From: Candidatus Aminicenantes bacterium
GTDB taxonomy: Bacteria > Acidobacteriota > Aminicenantia > Aminicenantales > Aminicenantaceae
Reading direction: 5' to 3'
DNA length: 64,000 bases
Assembly: GCA_030669305.1 (NCBI GenBank)
Contig: DAOVDU010000001.1
Location: forward strand, 14,812-78,811
The notes under the pieces were generated by a model. The model did no database searches. It was not told the DNA's origin and was given only the letters and a program-made list of their open reading frames with translations. Position 1 is the first letter of the stretch. Every line of letters begins with the position of its first letter. Shown here piece after piece: positions 60,172 to 64,000 of the stretch. The position numbers were made by a program, and so were the translations under genes.

Positions 60172-60372
60172 TTCAAATTCCAAATAACAAATAAGCACCA
60201 AAATTCCAATTACAGGCGGTTGGTAAATACTGCTAAACTGCCATACTGCAGAAGAATAAGAAAATGGTAAATGGTTAATAGTTTTCTTGCCTTAAACCTT
60301 AAACTTTAAACCTTAAACTAGTTTGTTTGGAATTTGTTTGGAATTTGGATTCTGGAATTTGGGATTTTGAAT
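60172..60372. mobile_element. MITE-like element, copy 5 (variant internal sequence, reiterated right TIR)
   Basis: Left CAAATAACAAATAAGCACCAAAATTCCAATTAC. Internal CCTTAAACCTTAAACTTTAAACCTTAAACTA. Right TTTGGAATTTGTTTGGAATTTGGATTCTGGAATTTGGGATTTTG. Confidence 0.45.
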
Positions 60373-61250
60373 TATTCTAAATTCTGAACTTGTTGGCGGA
60401 TACTCTCTACCTCTCCCTTAATCATTAAGCTCCCTTTGATTATCTCAATATCATGTGCTTTAGAATTTAAGGTATTTGCCTCCCGATAAAGTTCCTGAGC
60501 AACAAAATCCAGTTTCTTCCCTACAGGTTCTTCAATTTTTGGAGAAAGAAGTTCCTGCGAATGATTCAAATGGCTCTTCAGTCTAGCAATTTCTTCTGTC
60601 AAATCGTATCGTTGAGCAAGATAGGCCGTTTCTTCGGCCAGCTTTTCCTGTGAAATCACAGCTTCCTGATCTAACTTTTTTAATCGTTCTGTCAATTTTT
60701 CTCGGATAAGAAAAGGCTGCTTTTTCGCAAGCCCTTCGATCAGGTTCACAGCTTTCCTTATATTCTGGAGATTTCTCCTAATCTCTCTTTTTATTTCCCT
60801 CCCCTCTCTAAGCCTTTCCTTTATAAGCACATCCAGGGCCTTTTCAAAACTTCTCTCTAAAAATTCAACTTCTTCTCCAGTCAAATCTTTTCTCGTCAGA
60901 TCCACAATATGCGGGATGCTAAACAAATTCTCCACTGAAAAACTCGACCTCTGATGCATCCTGGAAGACACCTTTTCCAGAGAAGAAAGGATCTCTCTCA
61001 ACAAATCTTCATTGATCCGAAGCTTCCAGCTCCCTTGATCCAGAAAATTCAAGCTAATGAAGACCTCAATTCTTCCTCTATGCAGCCTTTTCTGACAGGT
61101 AGCTCTAAGTTTGTTCTCTACTGCTCCGATTTGGTTCCCGCGGCAGCTCCAATCTAAGTAGCGGTGGTTTAGAGTTCGGATACTAATCTTTACAGAAATA
61201 GTTTTGGAATCAAACTTCTTTTCTGCATAGCCAGTCATGCTTCGGATCAA
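60372..61250 (-). CDS. yicC: YicC-family stress-induced protein
   Basis: MIRSMTGYA N-terminus and C-terminal DUF1732-like region. Adjacent to gmk as in many bacteria. Confidence 0.85.
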   Translation of the reverse strand: MIRSMTGYAEKKFDSKTISVKISIRTLNHRYLDWSCRGNQIGAVENKLRATCQKRLHRGRIEVFISLNFLDQGSWKLRINEDLLREILSSLEKVSSRMHQRSSFSVENLFSIPHIVDLTRKDLTGEEVEFLERSFEKALDVLIKERLREGREIKREIRRNLQNIRKAVNLIEGLAKKQPFLIREKLTERLKKLDQEAVISQEKLAEETAYLAQRYDLTEEIARLKSHLNHSQELLSPKIEEPVGKKLDFVAQELYREANTLNSKAHDIEIIKGSLMIKGEVESIRQQVQNLE

Positions 61251-63046
61251 AACGTAACCTCTTTTTCCTCAGGAAACTGCAAATCATACAATTTTCTGTA
61301 AATGCCGTTTTTTCTATACAGCTCCCTATGGGTACCAATTTCAGCAATACTGCCCTTATCCACAACAAAAATTTTGTCAGCATTTCGTATCGTAGATAAG
61401 CGATGGGCTATAACGAAAGTGGTCCTATTTTTCATAACATTTTTAAAGGCGATCTGGACTAGTCTTTCTGACTCAGAATCCAATGCTGAAGTGGCCTCAT
61501 CAAGAATAAGAATTGGCGGATCTTTTAGTAACGCTCTTGCAATGGCTAACCTTTGTCTCTCTCCGCTGGATAACAACCCTCCCCTTTCCCCTATCAGGGT
61601 ATCATAACCCTGAGGGAGTCTTTTTATAAAATCATGTGCTTTGGCAGCTTTAGCAGCTTCCTTAATTTTCTCTAAAGAAGTCTCTTCCATGCCATAAGCG
61701 ATGTTGTTACGTACGGTATCATTAAAGAGGATGAGCTCTTGAGTAACCAGTCCGATTTGGGACCTAAGAGAGGAAAGGGTTACTTCCCGGATATCAATTC
61801 CATCGATCATGATTCTCCCAGTGTTTGCCTCGTAAAAACGGGAAAGGAGATTAATTATGGTGGTCTTTCCAGCACCGCTCAATCCAATGAGAGCTACTGT
61901 TTCTGCAGGGAGCACCTCAAAGCTAACATCATGGAGAACATGGCTTGTCTCATTGTAGCTGAAAGAGACATTTTCAAACTTTATCTTTCCTTTCAAAGGA
62001 GGAAGAGGATATGCTTTAGGATGATCAACAATTTGAGGCTTAATTTCCAGGAGCTCTTGAACTCTTTCATAACATGCCACTCCATGCTGGATGACAACGT
62101 TTGCCCGGCTAATCCTCTTGATAGGTGTATACATCATAAAAATGGCTATGATAAAGGAGCCAAAAGCACCAGGGGTTATGTATCCTTCGGCAATCCTTCT
62201 TGTACCCACAAGAAGTATAAAAGCTCCGACGACACCGCCTAAAAATTCCATAAAAGGCGAGGATAAGCTCCCTATCCAGGCCAGCTTTATGCTGTTTTTG
62301 AAATACTTCAGAGTGGATTGAAAGAATTTCTTCATTTCAAATTTTTCCATAGTAAAAGCTTTGACTATCTTGTTGCCAGTAATGGTTTCATGGAGAAGAC
62401 TGTAAATCTGAGCCATCTTAATCTGATTTAACTTTCCCATCTTTTTTAGTTGCCGGCTGAAAATCGCCAAGGGAATAACAGCTAAGGGAGCTATGACAAA
62501 AGCCACTAAAGCCAAATGCCAATCGACGATAAACATCCTCACAAGAAGTGCAAAAAGAATAAAAACTTCCTGAATAAGATTTCCCATGCTTCCTGAGACT
62601 GCTTCCTGGATCTTATCAATATCGTTTGTTAACCTGGACATGAGTTCGCCGGTGGCTTTTCGGTCAAAAAAATTGGAGGATTGGTAAACCAGATGCTCAA
62701 AAAGATTATCTCTCATCCTTTTTACAATTTTATGACCGATGGACTTCATGAGAAAAGAGGAGAGGAAAGTAGACAATCCTTTTCCAAAAATAACAATGAC
62801 AAGGAGCACGGGCAGAAACCATATAAGCTCATCTCTGGTAATATGGAAATATCGATAAACGAACTCCATAGAACTCGCTTTTTCGGGAGATGCTTGAGAT
62901 ACAAAAAACATCTCATCTAAGATAGGCTGAATTAAATTAACAAAAACATAAGTAAAAAAAGCAACAAAGATCGTGAAAACAAAGGCAAGAATGAGTCTCC
63001 TTTTCTCTGTGAGCGTGAGTTTTAAAAGCTGGAATATTTGATTCAT
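61247..63046 (-). CDS. ABC exporter, fused permease/ATPase (MsbA-like)
   Basis: 6-TM domain then Walker A GLSGAGKTT, signature LSSGERQRLAIARA and Walker B ILILDEATSALD. Confidence 0.85.
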   Translation of the reverse strand: MNQIFQLLKLTLTEKRRLILAFVFTIFVAFFTYVFVNLIQPILDEMFFVSQASPEKASSMEFVYRYFHITRDELIWFLPVLLVIVIFGKGLSTFLSSFLMKSIGHKIVKRMRDNLFEHLVYQSSNFFDRKATGELMSRLTNDIDKIQEAVSGSMGNLIQEVFILFALLVRMFIVDWHLALVAFVIAPLAVIPLAIFSRQLKKMGKLNQIKMAQIYSLLHETITGNKIVKAFTMEKFEMKKFFQSTLKYFKNSIKLAWIGSLSSPFMEFLGGVVGAFILLVGTRRIAEGYITPGAFGSFIIAIFMMYTPIKRISRANVVIQHGVACYERVQELLEIKPQIVDHPKAYPLPPLKGKIKFENVSFSYNETSHVLHDVSFEVLPAETVALIGLSGAGKTTIINLLSRFYEANTGRIMIDGIDIREVTLSSLRSQIGLVTQELILFNDTVRNNIAYGMEETSLEKIKEAAKAAKAHDFIKRLPQGYDTLIGERGGLLSSGERQRLAIARALLKDPPILILDEATSALDSESERLVQIAFKNVMKNRTTFVIAHRLSTIRNADKIFVVDKGSIAEIGTHRELYRKNGIYRKLYDLQFPEEKEVTF

Positions 63047-63049
63047 CTC

Positions 63050-64000
63050 TTAAGCCGATGATGTAAAAAAACTCTTCTCCGCAATCTCAAATGCATTCAA
63101 GGCTGACCCGCAAGTCAAATTATCCGCTACGGCCCAGACCCAGAAGCCATTAGGAAATGATTCTTCTTTTTTGATAGGACCAATGAAAATCTTATCTTTT
63201 CCCGCCACTAAAACAGACGAGACAGGACTCGAAAGAGATAAAGGAGAGAGCTTAAAATAGGGAGATTTTTTAAAGAGATTTTCTAGAGCCAGAATGCTTG
63301 CTTTTTTTTCCAATTCTAAATAAGTCATAATTGAATAGGCATGAAATACAGGAGCCTGGACGACTGATAAAGAGATAGGAAAACTGCTGCTTTCAAGGAC
63401 TCTCCTTATTTCTGATATGATTTGTCTTTCAATTGAGGAAACGCCATTTTTATCAATTGCTTCAGTATGAGAAAGAAGATTAAAGGCTATCTGTGCCTTA
63501 AAAACTTTTTTTGAAAATGAAGAGCTGCTTAGTACAGCAACACTCTGACTCGCCAGCTCCTTAATCCCAGTGTCTCCAAATGCAGATACGGGTTGAAGAA
63601 CAAAAGCAATGGCCTTTAAAAGTCCAAATTTCTTGACAGTCGGATGAAAGAGATGGGAAAGGATGATCGTAACAGGATGAGGATTAGCAATAAGGCCAAA
63701 CTTCTCACTCAAAATAATATTGTCATTCACTCCCGCCACAACTATTGGAATCTTTTCTTCATCATTAAATGCTCCGCATAAATCGATTGCCCGAAATTTT
63801 GCCTTAGAGGCAAGAATCCCATATTCCCGGCTAATGCTTTTATCTGCTGCTAAAAAAACCAGGTCTGCCATTGAAATAGAATTCCTGTCTAGAGGGTAGA
63901 TGACTTTAGCCTCGCCCCGAAATTGAGTCAGTTTGCTGTATTCTGATTCGATGTCCGGGTCGAAAAAGTCAATTTTTTCAAGAGGGAATTTTTTCTTGCT
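63050..64000 (-). CDS. aspartate-semialdehyde dehydrogenase family protein lacking the catalytic Cys motif; 5' end lies beyond the window
   Basis: Colinear with Asd: LVFLAADKSISREYG, GLIANPHPVTIIL where Asd has IIANPNCSTI, APVFHAYS and WVWAVADNLTCGSALNAFEIAE. The frame stays open upstream of the first in-window Met to nt 64000. Confidence 0.7.
   Translation of the reverse strand, partial: SKKKFPLEKIDFFDPDIESEYSKLTQFRGEAKVIYPLDRNSISMADLVFLAADKSISREYGILASKAKFRAIDLCGAFNDEEKIPIVVAGVNDNIILSEKFGLIANPHPVTIILSHLFHPTVKKFGLLKAIAFVLQPVSAFGDTGIKELASQSVAVLSSSSFSKKVFKAQIAFNLLSHTEAIDKNGVSSIERQIISEIRRVLESSSFPISLSVVQAPVFHAYSIMTYLELEKKASILALENLFKKSPYFKLSPLSLSSPVSSVLVAGKDKIFIGPIKKEESFPNGFWVWAVADNLTCGSALNAFEIAEKSFFTSSA

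Overview
This is an AT-rich bacterial chromosomal segment, and I cannot place the lineage from sequence alone. The first 16.3 kb on the + strand is a tightly packed, overlapping division/cell-wall (dcw) cluster: rsmH (5' truncated), ftsL, ftsI, murE, murF, mraY, murD, ftsW, murG, murC, ftsQ, ftsA and ftsZ. It has no murB or ddl, and it ends in an imidazolonepropionase (hutI) ortholog that overlaps ftsZ. Downstream, in order, are several units. A Tat-exported C_GCAxxG_C_C protein plus aldo/keto reductase pair, comM/yifB, and a minus-strand operon of four paralogous GT4 glycosyltransferases with two coiled-coil proteins that ends in an MglA GTPase ortholog. A sulfatase-fold lipoprotein lacking the formylglycine motif, truA, rimI and tsaB. 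An ECF sigma / anti-sigma / TPR-HEAT / small secreted protein operon, an ABC-2 exporter and sppA. A UvrD-family helicase fused to a Cas4-like nuclease, ftsB, a phosphohexomutase, a spermidine-synthase-like polytopic membrane protein, pcm and coaD. A type IV pilus pilMNOPQ operon followed by two lipoproteins, then priA, a family-4 UDG, coaBC, gmk, yicC, an MsbA-like ABC exporter and a 5'-truncated Asd-family gene missing the catalytic cysteine motif. The intergenic spacers are unusually repeat-dense. They hold an octamer (CNGTTARW) tandem-array family that often forms giant inverted arrays around a palindromic AT core, a MITE-like TTAAAC-rich element with terminal inverted repeats (5 copies), and a third small palindromic repeat. 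I found no CRISPR array, rRNA or confident tRNA. The candidates most worth follow-up are the GT4–MglA operon, the repeat families (including one hairpin element interrupted by a ~180 bp insert), the Thr/His-variant sulfatase-like enzyme and the Cys-less Asd paralog.
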